Shown here piece by piece: positions 26,720 to 35,138 of a stretch of 64,000 bases of DNA. The stretch spans positions 225 through 64,224 of the forward strand of contig DUSC01000145.1 of the NCBI GenBank assembly GCA_012842935.1. Reading direction: 5' to 3'. The stretch comes from Hyphomicrobiales bacterium (lineage in GTDB: Bacteria; Pseudomonadota; Alphaproteobacteria; Rhizobiales; Rhizobiaceae). The translations under genes and the position numbers were made by a program. The notes beneath the pieces are model-generated. The model was not told the DNA's origin and did no database searches. It saw only the letters and a program-made list of their open reading frames with translations. Within the stretch, counting starts at the first letter, position 1; every line of letters starts with the position of its first letter.

Positions 26720-29104
26720 TCAAGTCACCAGGCCCATTGCCCGGGCCGCGGCGATCGCCTCGCGCCGGCTCTTGCAACCCAGTTTGCGGTAGACATTGCC
26801 GAGGTGGAATTTGACGGTCGCCTCGCTCAATCCCAGCGTCTTGGCGATGAACTTGTTCGCGGCGCCGTCCGCGACCATCAGGAGTACCTTGGTCTCGCGC
26901 CGCGACAGGTTGCCGGCACGGCCGAGCGCACCGACCGAGACCAGTCCGTCTCGGAGGCGCCGCAGCACCTGCCGGGCGGGACCGGACGTGTCGAGGAACT
27001 CGGCGATGCGCTGCGTGGCGAGCAGTTCGCCGAGAAAGTCACGCTCTTCGGCGAGCGGCGCCATCGCGCCAAGCCGGGCCGCGTTCTCGAAGGTCTTCTG
27101 CAGGATCGCCCGCGCGCTGCCGAGATCGCGGTTGCGCTTCGCGACGTAGGCCATCCAGATGTCGAGGCCGATTCGCTGCCGTTCGGTGAGGTGCAGGTTC
27201 TGCCGCATCGCTCCAAGTTGGATGGCGAGCTCGGGCCTCGTCGGCATCTCGTGTACGTGCTGGCGCAGCCAGAGAAGCGCGAGCCCGATATCGTCGCGCT
27301 CGTGCAGCCGGGCAAGGTCGACGCCGGCGCCGAGAACCCAGGCCTTGCTGATGGCAGACGGAATGGAGGCGAGCCTGTCGCCGGCTTCCTGCCAGCGGTT
27401 GGCGTTCTGAAGGATCGCCGCCTCGCGGAGTTCGATGGCGTTGCGGAACTGCCGGTTCCGGATCTGGAAGACCCTCCAACGTTCGAGGAATCCGAGCGCG
27501 GCGATTGTCGAGAAATGTTCGCTCAGCGCCTGGCTGCCATAAAGCAGCGCGAACTCGATGAGGCTCGGCCAGATCTCGCCATGCGTGAAGCCTTCGAGCT
27601 CGAGGCTGAGGAAGCGGGCCAGCGGCTCGGCCTTGCCCCCCTCGTAGTCGATGCAGGCGTCGAGCAGGACGAGAAGGCGCTTGTCGTTCGGGCTGTCGAA
27701 GCCGACCTTGTCGAGCGAGCGCCGGGCGGCCGCTGCGAAGCTCCGCGCGCTCAGCGCATCGCCCATCATCATGCGCATGATGGCCTGATGCAGGCTGATG
27801 TAGAAGGAAAGCAGCGGCGCCCCGGCGCGTTCGTAGTGGAAATGGGCGCGCTGGGCAAGATCCTCGGCCTCGGCGAATCGCCGGCTGCGCAGGTAGAACT
27901 CGAGCACCGAGTTGTAGAACGAGCCGCGCAGGAGATGCGCATCGGCCGGGTATTCGGCCAGCATGGCGAAGATGTTCTCCAGCAGTTCCTCGGTGAAGAA
28001 GACATCCTCGTAGATCAGCATGACGAGGCGGAACGAGCGGAATTCGCGCGAGAACGCCGACTTCCGCGAGAATACCTCGTCCGGATCGTTGGCGGCGTCG
28101 CCGAACCGGTCGGCGAGGAGCCGACGGGCGAGCGAGACGTCGCCGCGCTTGAGCGACTGCACGGCGAGCCCCATGATGATCGCCTCGCTCTGCATGGCAA
28201 AGCTGGTCGGGAAGCCGGCAAGGACCTTGTCGAAAGCCGCCGGACCGTGGAGGTAGATGAAGAAGCGCCCCTGCGCCGCGGCAAAGGTCCTGAGCGCAAG
28301 GTCGTGGAAGCCGGCACTCTGGTAGGTGGTGATCGCCTCGGTCATCTCGCCGCGCGCGGCGTGGGCTTCGGCGATCGCCCGTGCCTCTGCGGGGATCGCG
28401 GTGCGGTCGGCGAGCAGCATGTCGACCGCCTCGGTGATCGGCCCGCGCACCGATTCGGCGACGAACCGCACCCTGCCTTCACGGTCCCTGCTTACCAGGG
28501 GCACGAGATCGTTGCCGTCGGCGCTGATGTCGCGGCCGGCAAGCAGCGCGCGCAGGTCGACAAGATCGCGGGAAGACAGGGGCTCGAGCAGTTCCTCCTG
28601 GAGGAAGAGGCGCATGACCCCTTCGGCGGGACTGCTGCCGGCAAAACGGGCGACGAGCAGCGGCCAGCCGCCGCTCGCCTCCATCACCGCCTTCGCCGTG
28701 GTGCCGAATGCGGCCGCGATCTCGTCGCTGTCGAAGAGAAGCTCGGCCGGATCGAGCCAGAACGCATGGCCGTAGGCCGCGGCGCGCGACAGTCCGCGCA
28801 GGCGCGTGTGCGGCCGTTTCGCCACGACGATGCGCCGCGCGCCGGCGACGAAAGGCTCCGGCAGCGCCTCCGGCTCGGAGCCGGGCGGGACGTCCCAGAG
28901 GACAGGTACGCGACCGTCGCCGGGATCGGGGGCGGTCTCCCGCGCATGGACGGCGGTGCCCAGCCGCTCGGCGACCTGCATCAGAAGCAGCGACTTGCCC
29001 ATGCCGGGCGCGGCCTCGACCACCACGACGGTCTCGCGTCGGGAAAGAACCCGGTCGACAAGGCGGTGGCGGACGATGGGGCTGAAGGTGGCGAAATCGG
29101 CCAT
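26720..29104 (-). CDS. MalT-like large LuxR-family transcriptional regulator
   Basis: N-terminal IVRHRL..VVEAAPGMGKS (Walker A), SGGWP; C-terminal LuxR HTH LSRRETKVL..GAANKFIAKTLGLSEATVKFHLGNVYRKL. Confidence 0.92.
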   Translation of the reverse strand: MADFATFSPIVRHRLVDRVLSRRETVVVVEAAPGMGKSLLLMQVAERLGTAVHARETAPDPGDGRVPVLWDVPPGSEPEALPEPFVAGARRIVVAKRPHTRLRGLSRAAAYGHAFWLDPAELLFDSDEIAAAFGTTAKAVMEASGGWPLLVARFAGSSPAEGVMRLFLQEELLEPLSSRDLVDLRALLAGRDISADGNDLVPLVSRDREGRVRFVAESVRGPITEAVDMLLADRTAIPAEARAIAEAHAARGEMTEAITTYQSAGFHDLALRTFAAAQGRFFIYLHGPAAFDKVLAGFPTSFAMQSEAIIMGLAVQSLKRGDVSLARRLLADRFGDAANDPDEVFSRKSAFSREFRSFRLVMLIYEDVFFTEELLENIFAMLAEYPADAHLLRGSFYNSVLEFYLRSRRFAEAEDLAQRAHFHYERAGAPLLSFYISLHQAIMRMMMGDALSARSFAAAARRSLDKVGFDSPNDKRLLVLLDACIDYEGGKAEPLARFLSLELEGFTHGEIWPSLIEFALLYGSQALSEHFSTIAALGFLERWRVFQIRNRQFRNAIELREAAILQNANRWQEAGDRLASIPSAISKAWVLGAGVDLARLHERDDIGLALLWLRQHVHEMPTRPELAIQLGAMRQNLHLTERQRIGLDIWMAYVAKRNRDLGSARAILQKTFENAARLGAMAPLAEERDFLGELLATQRIAEFLDTSGPARQVLRRLRDGLVSVGALGRAGNLSRRETKVLLMVADGAANKFIAKTLGLSEATVKFHLGNVYRKLGCKSRREAIAAARAMGLVT

Positions 29105-29392
29105 GGCGGGAGTTTCAGCCGAAGCCGGCCCGTTTGGCTAGTTCATTGCGCCGACAGAAGGCAGAGCCTCGCCGAAACGGCCCGGAAAGGCTTCCGCCGT
29201 CTTCGAGGGCGATCTTGAGCGTCTTCGCTGCCGGAGGCGACCTGTCCGGCTGCTCCGGATCTGATGGAAAATGCAGATCGGCGTCATCATGACGCCCCCT
29301 CCCGCATGGCTCGACAGACAGCATCGACCGCAATGAAGCCACCGGTTACGGGCTCCGTCCAGCATGACGAGCGGACTTTCGCCGCAAATGAT

Positions 29393-32300
29393 TCAGTCGA
29401 CCACGGGCAGGCATTTTCCCGCCCCTTCGCTCCATTGCATCCCCTGCGGGCAGATGATTTGCAATTCCCTTTGAATGATCTTCAGGTCCGGTTCCGCCGG
29501 CCTCAGAGTGCCGGGCTGCAGCGGCTGGATGACCAGCGGGGGCGGCTGTACCTGTTGTGGCTCGACCGGACGGATCACTTCGGGTTCCGGTATTGGCCCC
29601 TGCGTTGCCCCGGGCGCTGATTGCCCCTCGCGCACGCAGCGACCGCGCAGTTCGACGGTTCCCGGCGGGCAGACACAGGTCCCGTCGGCGGGCACCTTGC
29701 CGCCGGTACACTTCAGCTGGACCGGCGCACGCTCGGGTTCCTTCTTCGCGACGGGCGGTTTCTCTACGGCGGGGTGCTCGATGCGCAAGGACAGGCAGGC
29801 GCGATCGTTCGACGCGACCGGGTCGCCCGGTAATCCGGCCGACGTCGCGAGCAGGCTCGCCACGAGCGGGACATCGATCCGCCCGCTGACCGCCAGCTGG
29901 TTGTCGGCCTGATAGCGCGCGATGGCGTCGCGCGTGCGCCTGCCCGCCTTTCCGTCGACCGGGCCCGCGTCGTACCCGCGGCGGTTGAGCTCGGCCTGGA
30001 CCGCTCGGATTTCGGCCGCACTGCCTGTTGCCGCGGCGGGTGCGTCGCCGATAAGGGCGCAGTTGTCGACCGTCGTGGGACCGCCGGGATCCGGGGGCAG
30101 GCTGAACTCGAGCTCCAGTGCGGTCGAATGGCCGGCAGGCAGCACGGCGCCCTGTCGCGAGCAGCCGACCTTTCCGGCCTCTGAGGTACACGTCCATTGG
30201 TTTTCCGGGCTGCCCGGACGGTACTGCCAACCGTCGGGCGCCAGGTCGGTCAGTCGCAGCGCGCCGACGAAATCGTTCGGGCCCTTGTTGGTGATTTCGA
30301 TGCGGAAAGCGCAGCGGCCGGGCGCCCGGCACACGGATGGGCCGGTTTTCACGATGGCGAGATCTGCGGCGTCGACAGCGGGGGCTGGCGTCGCTTGCGG
30401 CGCAGGCTCTGGCGCTGCGGTCGGTGCCGGTTCCTGCCCGACCCTTATGCTGGTGGTGAAGCAGGCGCGGGACTTGCGCGTTCCGCCCATCTGCTCGATG
30501 TCGATTCCCTCGTCGGGAGGCGGCACCCATTCGAACTCGCCGCACACCGTCCGCGTCGTGTCTTCGGTCGGCCGCGGGCTGCCTTCCGGAAACAGGCTCA
30601 CCTCGAAGTGGACGGACGTCTTCTCGTTTGCGCCGAGGCGGCAGTCCGAGGGGTGGCAGCTCACTTCGGTTCCAGCGACGTCGCAGGTCCAGCCTTCGGC
30701 CGCGCAGAACGGGGCAGCGTCCTGCCCCTTCGCACTCTTGACCCTCGTGCCGTCGGGAAATTTCACTCGCAGCAGCATCGGCAGCGAATAGTCCGAAGGA
30801 CCGGTATTCTGCATCGTGAACGTGTACTGCGTGCACTCGCCGCCAAGGGGTTGTACGGAGATGCAGGCGAGCGTACCCCAGACGCTGAAGACGAAGTACC
30901 ATCTTTCTCCCGCCCCTCCGCTCAGCGTGCCGCCGCTCTGGTCAAGCGGCGTGACGATGCACGCCTCGTCATTGGCGGGATCGGCATCGGGCTTTCCGCC
31001 CTTGTAGTAGACCTTGGCACAGTTCTCGAACTTCTTCTGATCGGTGTCGTGGAGACCGAGGCGGATCTGCATTTGCGTGAGACCGATCATGCCGCCGATC
31101 CCTGCCGCAGAGGGCAGCTTCACCCAGGGATGCTTGCAGGTCACCTCGTAGACCGGCCACGCCGCCTTGCCGACCGATTGGCTGCACTGCCAGGGCGGGT
31201 TGGGCTTGTACCACTCGAACTCGGCCGGATATCTGGTCGTCTCCGTGACGGTCAGCGGGCCTTCGTAGTCGCCCTTGCCGGCATTCCAGACATTGATGCG
31301 GAAGTAGCAGGGACCCGGCTCGTAGCATACCGCCGGTCCTTCCTTCTGCGCCTTGAGATCGAACTCGGACTTAAGCGCCGTCTTGGCGCAACTTTCGTCA
31401 TTGCCGGCATTGCTGTCGCCGGGTGCAACGACGATCTTGGCGCAGTCCTTGAGCGAGTCGAGCACCGCCGGAAGGTCGGCCGGCAGGGCGACGGCGATGT
31501 CGACCGTTACCGACGCTCCGGGCTCGATCACGGCAGCCGCGTTGGTGCACACGATCCGTCCGACCGCCGTATCCGCACAGGTCCAGCCGCTGGGGCCGGT
31601 GTAGTGGTCGAGGCGAAGGCCCGGATGCTGGAAATTCCGCTCCTCGAAACCCGCCGGCCCGGCGAAGATCCCACCGCCGGCATTCGTGATTTCCACTTTG
31701 TATTGGCAGGTTTCGCCACGTCGGCATTCGGCCGGTCCGTACTTCGTGATGTCGAGGTCCGGGGGAGCGGCGCCGACCGACACCTCCTCGCAATCCTTGT
31801 CGTTGGCCGCGTTGTCGTCCCCGGCCCCGCCCTTCCAGTCGATGCGGGCGCAATTCTGGCTCTTTGCCGGATCGCCGGGGTCCGGCAATGCGGGCACGAG
31901 GTCTAAGGAAAGCGTCGTCGATTGCCCCGGCGCCAATGCGGCAGCGATTTCCGTGCAAAGCAGGTCCGGTCCCTGCTGCTGACAGCTCCAGGGCGCTGCT
32001 GCCGAAGCGTACTTCCAGCCGGAGGGCAACGTGTCCACGATTCCAAGCGGACCGGCGTAAGGTTCCGGCCCCTTGTTGACGACCTTTATCTCGAAGCGGC
32101 AGTTCATCCCGGGCGTGCACGCTGCCGACAGGGCCGCGCCCTGACCGATCCCTCCCGGCGAGGGCATACTCTTCGTCAGTTCGAGGTCGAGGCTCGCTGG
32201 CACCGCCGGAAGGGTTCCAGGCGGAATGATCCACCAACCCGGTTCCGACCAGCCCGGCGCCGCCGTTCCTCCCGATCCCGACGCACTTCCGGCCGGCGGC

Positions 32301-34063
32301 ATCCATCCGGGCGGCGGCGACCAGCCAGTGGGCGGCGCCCAGCCCGGCGGCGGGGTCCAGCCGGGCGGGGTCCAGCCCGGAGGCATCAGCCCTTCGGCAA
32401 TCTCGGGCGGCCTCCGGCGGAAGACCTCGACATCGCCGAACACGAAACTGCCATCGCCCAGGCCGACGATGTAGGAGCGGGCCGGCGCCGTGTCGGGCGT
32501 CACAGGACCCTGGGCGGGATAGGGCTCGAAGGCGTTCGCCGGAGCGACTTCCCCGAAAAGGCCTTCCGGCGTTCCCTGCAGTCCGCTCACGGGGCCGGCG
32601 TCGGTATTTGTTCCGTCCGCGGGATCGAAGCACGGGCCGTCCGGCGAGCACAGCGGCTCTCCGGTCATCCAGACGAACTGATCGGGCCCGGCAGCCTCGG
32701 CCCTGTATTCGGCATCGTAGGCAGGGCCGAAATCGACGCCGCCGGCCGCCGCCGCGCGGATATGGGGAGCGCCCTGGCTCTTGCGCTCGGCAAAGCCCAC
32801 ATCGTAGCGGCCCTCCGGCGACCATGTTCCGCTGCTGCCGAGGCGGTAACGCAGCACGCGCGCCGCGCCTGACCGAACCAGCGGCGCAGCGGCGTCTTCG
32901 CCCGCGAGGAAGCTCCCGCGCTCCGCGACGAGCATCGTCGGGCTCTCGCCGAAATAGGGGAAGGCGATGTCGGCGACGGGTCCGGAAGGGCCGTTCGGTG
33001 GCTCCTTTGACGGACCGGAACCGAAGTCCGGCAGCAGGATCTCCCGGCGGACGTCCGAGAGCACGAAGTCGCCGTCTGCGCCGATGCCTATTGACCAGAT
33101 CGAGTTCCGGGCATCCTCGCCGGCGTCGACGAATGCGGGATCGGTCAGTCCGGCTGCGGCCGCTTCCGAGAGATCCTGCGATCCCCAGACCGAGTAGTAC
33201 AACCGCACGGCGCCGCTCGTCGGATCGCGCCGGACGCCGAGCGCATAGACGCGGCGGCGGAAGTCGGCGAAATTCCAGCAGGCGGGTTGGCGCTCGAAGC
33301 CCGGAGGTGGGCAGTCGTCGGTGCGGGCGTGCGAGGCAGGGTCGAAGGCGACCGGCGCCAGGGATCGCGCATTGCCTTTCGCCGCATCGATGAATCCCGG
33401 GCGCCCGTCGAGCCCGTGATCGTAGCGGCCGATGTCGGCACCGTCTTCGAGTCGGAGGCGGTGGATGATGCCGGTCTCGAGGTCGGAGACGAAGAACTGC
33501 CTGTGCCAGCGGTCGTAGGCGATATCGCCGAGTGCCGGCCCGGAATTGGCGCGTCCTTCGAACAGGATTTCGCTGAAGATTTCCGGTCTGTACGCATGGT
33601 CCGCCGCGAGCTTCCAGACGGTTCCCGGCCCGGCGCCTGGTCCCCACATGCCCGCTGACCAGTCCTTTCCGTCTTGCGAGCGGTGGAGGCCGAAGGCCGA
33701 GCTCGCGGTCAGATAGATGTTTGCCGGCACTTGGTCATCGAAGGCGACGCCGAAAACCAGACCGACCTCGGCGGCCGTGGCGAGCACGCGCTCCGGCGCG
33801 TCTGCCCATTTGCTCCCGAGTGGCGCGCGACCGGGAGCGCGGAGGTCGACCAGCGAGGCGACCGAGCCTTTCGGATCGATGGCGATCGCCGACGATCCGG
33901 CGGCTGGAGCCGAGAATCGTGTCACGATCGCCTGTCCGGGAACCAGCGCCTCCTGGGCCAGAGCCGGAGCCTGGCCCAGACCAATGGCGGCGACGATCAC
34001 AGCGCCGAACATGGCAGTGACCCGCCATGGGTGAACCGTGCAGGTTGCGAGCAGACTGTTCAT
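29393..34063 (-). CDS. Large secreted Cys-rich protein: propeller-like N-domain, PPGW linker, DUF11-like repeats, peptidoglycan-binding domain, Cys-rich tail
   Basis: Signal-like N-terminus (ALA-Q); repeats DLxxxK..C..C.F/Y.I...N.G...W.C...NCA...D...NDxxC; PG_binding_1-like VQAELNRRGYDAGPVDGKAGRRTRDAIARYQ. Start may be slightly downstream. Confidence 0.85.
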   Translation of the reverse strand: MNSLLATCTVHPWRVTAMFGAVIVAAIGLGQAPALAQEALVPGQAIVTRFSAPAAGSSAIAIDPKGSVASLVDLRAPGRAPLGSKWADAPERVLATAAEVGLVFGVAFDDQVPANIYLTASSAFGLHRSQDGKDWSAGMWGPGAGPGTVWKLAADHAYRPEIFSEILFEGRANSGPALGDIAYDRWHRQFFVSDLETGIIHRLRLEDGADIGRYDHGLDGRPGFIDAAKGNARSLAPVAFDPASHARTDDCPPPGFERQPACWNFADFRRRVYALGVRRDPTSGAVRLYYSVWGSQDLSEAAAAGLTDPAFVDAGEDARNSIWSIGIGADGDFVLSDVRREILLPDFGSGPSKEPPNGPSGPVADIAFPYFGESPTMLVAERGSFLAGEDAAAPLVRSGAARVLRYRLGSSGTWSPEGRYDVGFAERKSQGAPHIRAAAAGGVDFGPAYDAEYRAEAAGPDQFVWMTGEPLCSPDGPCFDPADGTNTDAGPVSGLQGTPEGLFGEVAPANAFEPYPAQGPVTPDTAPARSYIVGLGDGSFVFGDVEVFRRRPPEIAEGLMPPGWTPPGWTPPPGWAPPTGWSPPPGWMPPAGSASGSGGTAAPGWSEPGWWIIPPGTLPAVPASLDLELTKSMPSPGGIGQGAALSAACTPGMNCRFEIKVVNKGPEPYAGPLGIVDTLPSGWKYASAAAPWSCQQQGPDLLCTEIAAALAPGQSTTLSLDLVPALPDPGDPAKSQNCARIDWKGGAGDDNAANDKDCEEVSVGAAPPDLDITKYGPAECRRGETCQYKVEITNAGGGIFAGPAGFEERNFQHPGLRLDHYTGPSGWTCADTAVGRIVCTNAAAVIEPGASVTVDIAVALPADLPAVLDSLKDCAKIVVAPGDSNAGNDESCAKTALKSEFDLKAQKEGPAVCYEPGPCYFRINVWNAGKGDYEGPLTVTETTRYPAEFEWYKPNPPWQCSQSVGKAAWPVYEVTCKHPWVKLPSAAGIGGMIGLTQMQIRLGLHDTDQKKFENCAKVYYKGGKPDADPANDEACIVTPLDQSGGTLSGGAGERWYFVFSVWGTLACISVQPLGGECTQYTFTMQNTGPSDYSLPMLLRVKFPDGTRVKSAKGQDAAPFCAAEGWTCDVAGTEVSCHPSDCRLGANEKTSVHFEVSLFPEGSPRPTEDTTRTVCGEFEWVPPPDEGIDIEQMGGTRKSRACFTTSIRVGQEPAPTAAPEPAPQATPAPAVDAADLAIVKTGPSVCRAPGRCAFRIEITNKGPNDFVGALRLTDLAPDGWQYRPGSPENQWTCTSEAGKVGCSRQGAVLPAGHSTALELEFSLPPDPGGPTTVDNCALIGDAPAAATGSAAEIRAVQAELNRRGYDAGPVDGKAGRRTRDAIARYQADNQLAVSGRIDVPLVASLLATSAGLPGDPVASNDRACLSLRIEHPAVEKPPVAKKEPERAPVQLKCTGGKVPADGTCVCPPGTVELRGRCVREGQSAPGATQGPIPEPEVIRPVEPQQVQPPPLVIQPLQPGTLRPAEPDLKIIQRELQIICPQGMQWSEGAGKCLPVVD
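32231..32386 (-). repeat. Intragenic Pro-Gly-Trp peptide repeats
   Basis: MPPGWTPPGWTPPPGWAPPTGWSPPPGWMPP...APGWSEPGWW. Confidence 0.85.
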
Positions 34064-34935
34064 AACCGTCCAAATCCAGGCTGGATTGGGAAATCCGGCG
34101 ACCCGGGGCGGCAGAAGCGCGGCCGCCCGAAAGACGGGATGCCCCGCCCGGCAAGCCGCCGCGGGCGGCTCGGCTCAGGCGAATTCGGTGTCATCCTCGC
34201 TCCTCCGTGCGTTCCGCTGCCTGTCCGTCCGTCCGACTTGGGCTGACTGGGCGCGACGGTCAGTCCCGCGCGCTCGAGCGCCCTGACGACCTTGCGCGCA
34301 TCGGGAAACGCGTCCAGCGGTAGGCGGACGCGTTCGCCGCCCATCTTTTCCAGCACGAGCGAACGGCTGGCTCGGTTTCCAAGTAACAGCGCGATGCCGA
34401 GGCCCCGCCAGCTGCCGAGCACGATCAGGAGCGGCGACAGCCAGCCGGGCGGACGCCGCGTCTCGGCTGTGACGCGGACGATCTCGGAATAGGGCAGCAC
34501 CGTCGTTCCACGATGCGTGCCGACGGTGATCGAGGATTGCTCAGGAAGAACCCAGATACTTTGGCATCGCGCGGAGAACCAGAAGATCGCGAGCGCGACG
34601 AGGCCCGGAGGCCACATGAGCAGCATCAATCCCCACGGAACGCCCGGCCACGCCTCGAGTGCCGAGACGATGAAGGGCATGGCGAGAAAAGTGGTCGAAA
34701 GGAGGAAGCCGAGAAGGTCGGGCATCCGGACGGACGGCAGTCGGTCATGATGGAGCGCCCTTTCGGGCGGCTTGGGCCGGGGAGGCAGGAGGTAGGCTGC
34801 CATCGCGGCGCCGACGCACAGGACCGCAGCCTCGGATTGACCGTATCCGAAGGCGGTGACAACACCCGCGCACAGCAGGACCGCCGCGGCCAGGCGGCGC
34901 AATATCTCGATCACCTCGTGCAGATCGAGCGGCAT
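34060..34935 (-). CDS. Hypothetical membrane protein (about 4-5 TM), translationally coupled to the large secreted protein
   Basis: ATG 34935 with AAGGAGG RBS; hydrophobic segments; stop overlaps next ATG (ATGA). Confidence 0.75.
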   Translation of the reverse strand: MPLDLHEVIEILRRLAAAVLLCAGVVTAFGYGQSEAAVLCVGAAMAAYLLPPRPKPPERALHHDRLPSVRMPDLLGFLLSTTFLAMPFIVSALEAWPGVPWGLMLLMWPPGLVALAIFWFSARCQSIWVLPEQSSITVGTHRGTTVLPYSEIVRVTAETRRPPGWLSPLLIVLGSWRGLGIALLLGNRASRSLVLEKMGGERVRLPLDAFPDARKVVRALERAGLTVAPSQPKSDGRTGSGTHGGARMTPNSPEPSRPRRLAGRGIPSFGRPRFCRPGSPDFPIQPGFGRL

Positions 34936-35138
34936 CTTTCCTCCTTGGAAAATATTAGCGCGGCCTACCCGAGCGGCATTGACCCTCGTCAACGGAATCC
35001 GCCTTCGGAGCGCGACGGTGAGACAGGGTGGCAGGGGTTCCGGTCTCGACGCTCGGGGCGTCGCTGCGCCGACTTACGCGACCGTCATGTCAAGACGGCG
35101 TGGTCGCCGGCCGGACACGGGACCGCCGGCGATCCGTA

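Noticed and set aside
24652-29218. 620-aa and 837-aa plus-strand ORFs
   Set aside because: Antisense to the SBP and LuxR genes; typical high-GC shadow frames.
29115-29365. Two 75-aa minus-strand ORFs between the LuxR regulator and the large secreted protein
   Set aside because: One has an RBS-like GGGAGG before an ATG near 29290, but neither has a recognisable motif; more likely the regulator's promoter region. Not called.
29393-34063. Toxin, RTX, autotransporter or phage-tail identity for the large protein
   Set aside because: No GGxGxD nonapeptides, RHS/YD repeats, C-terminal beta-barrel or neighbouring secretion or phage genes.
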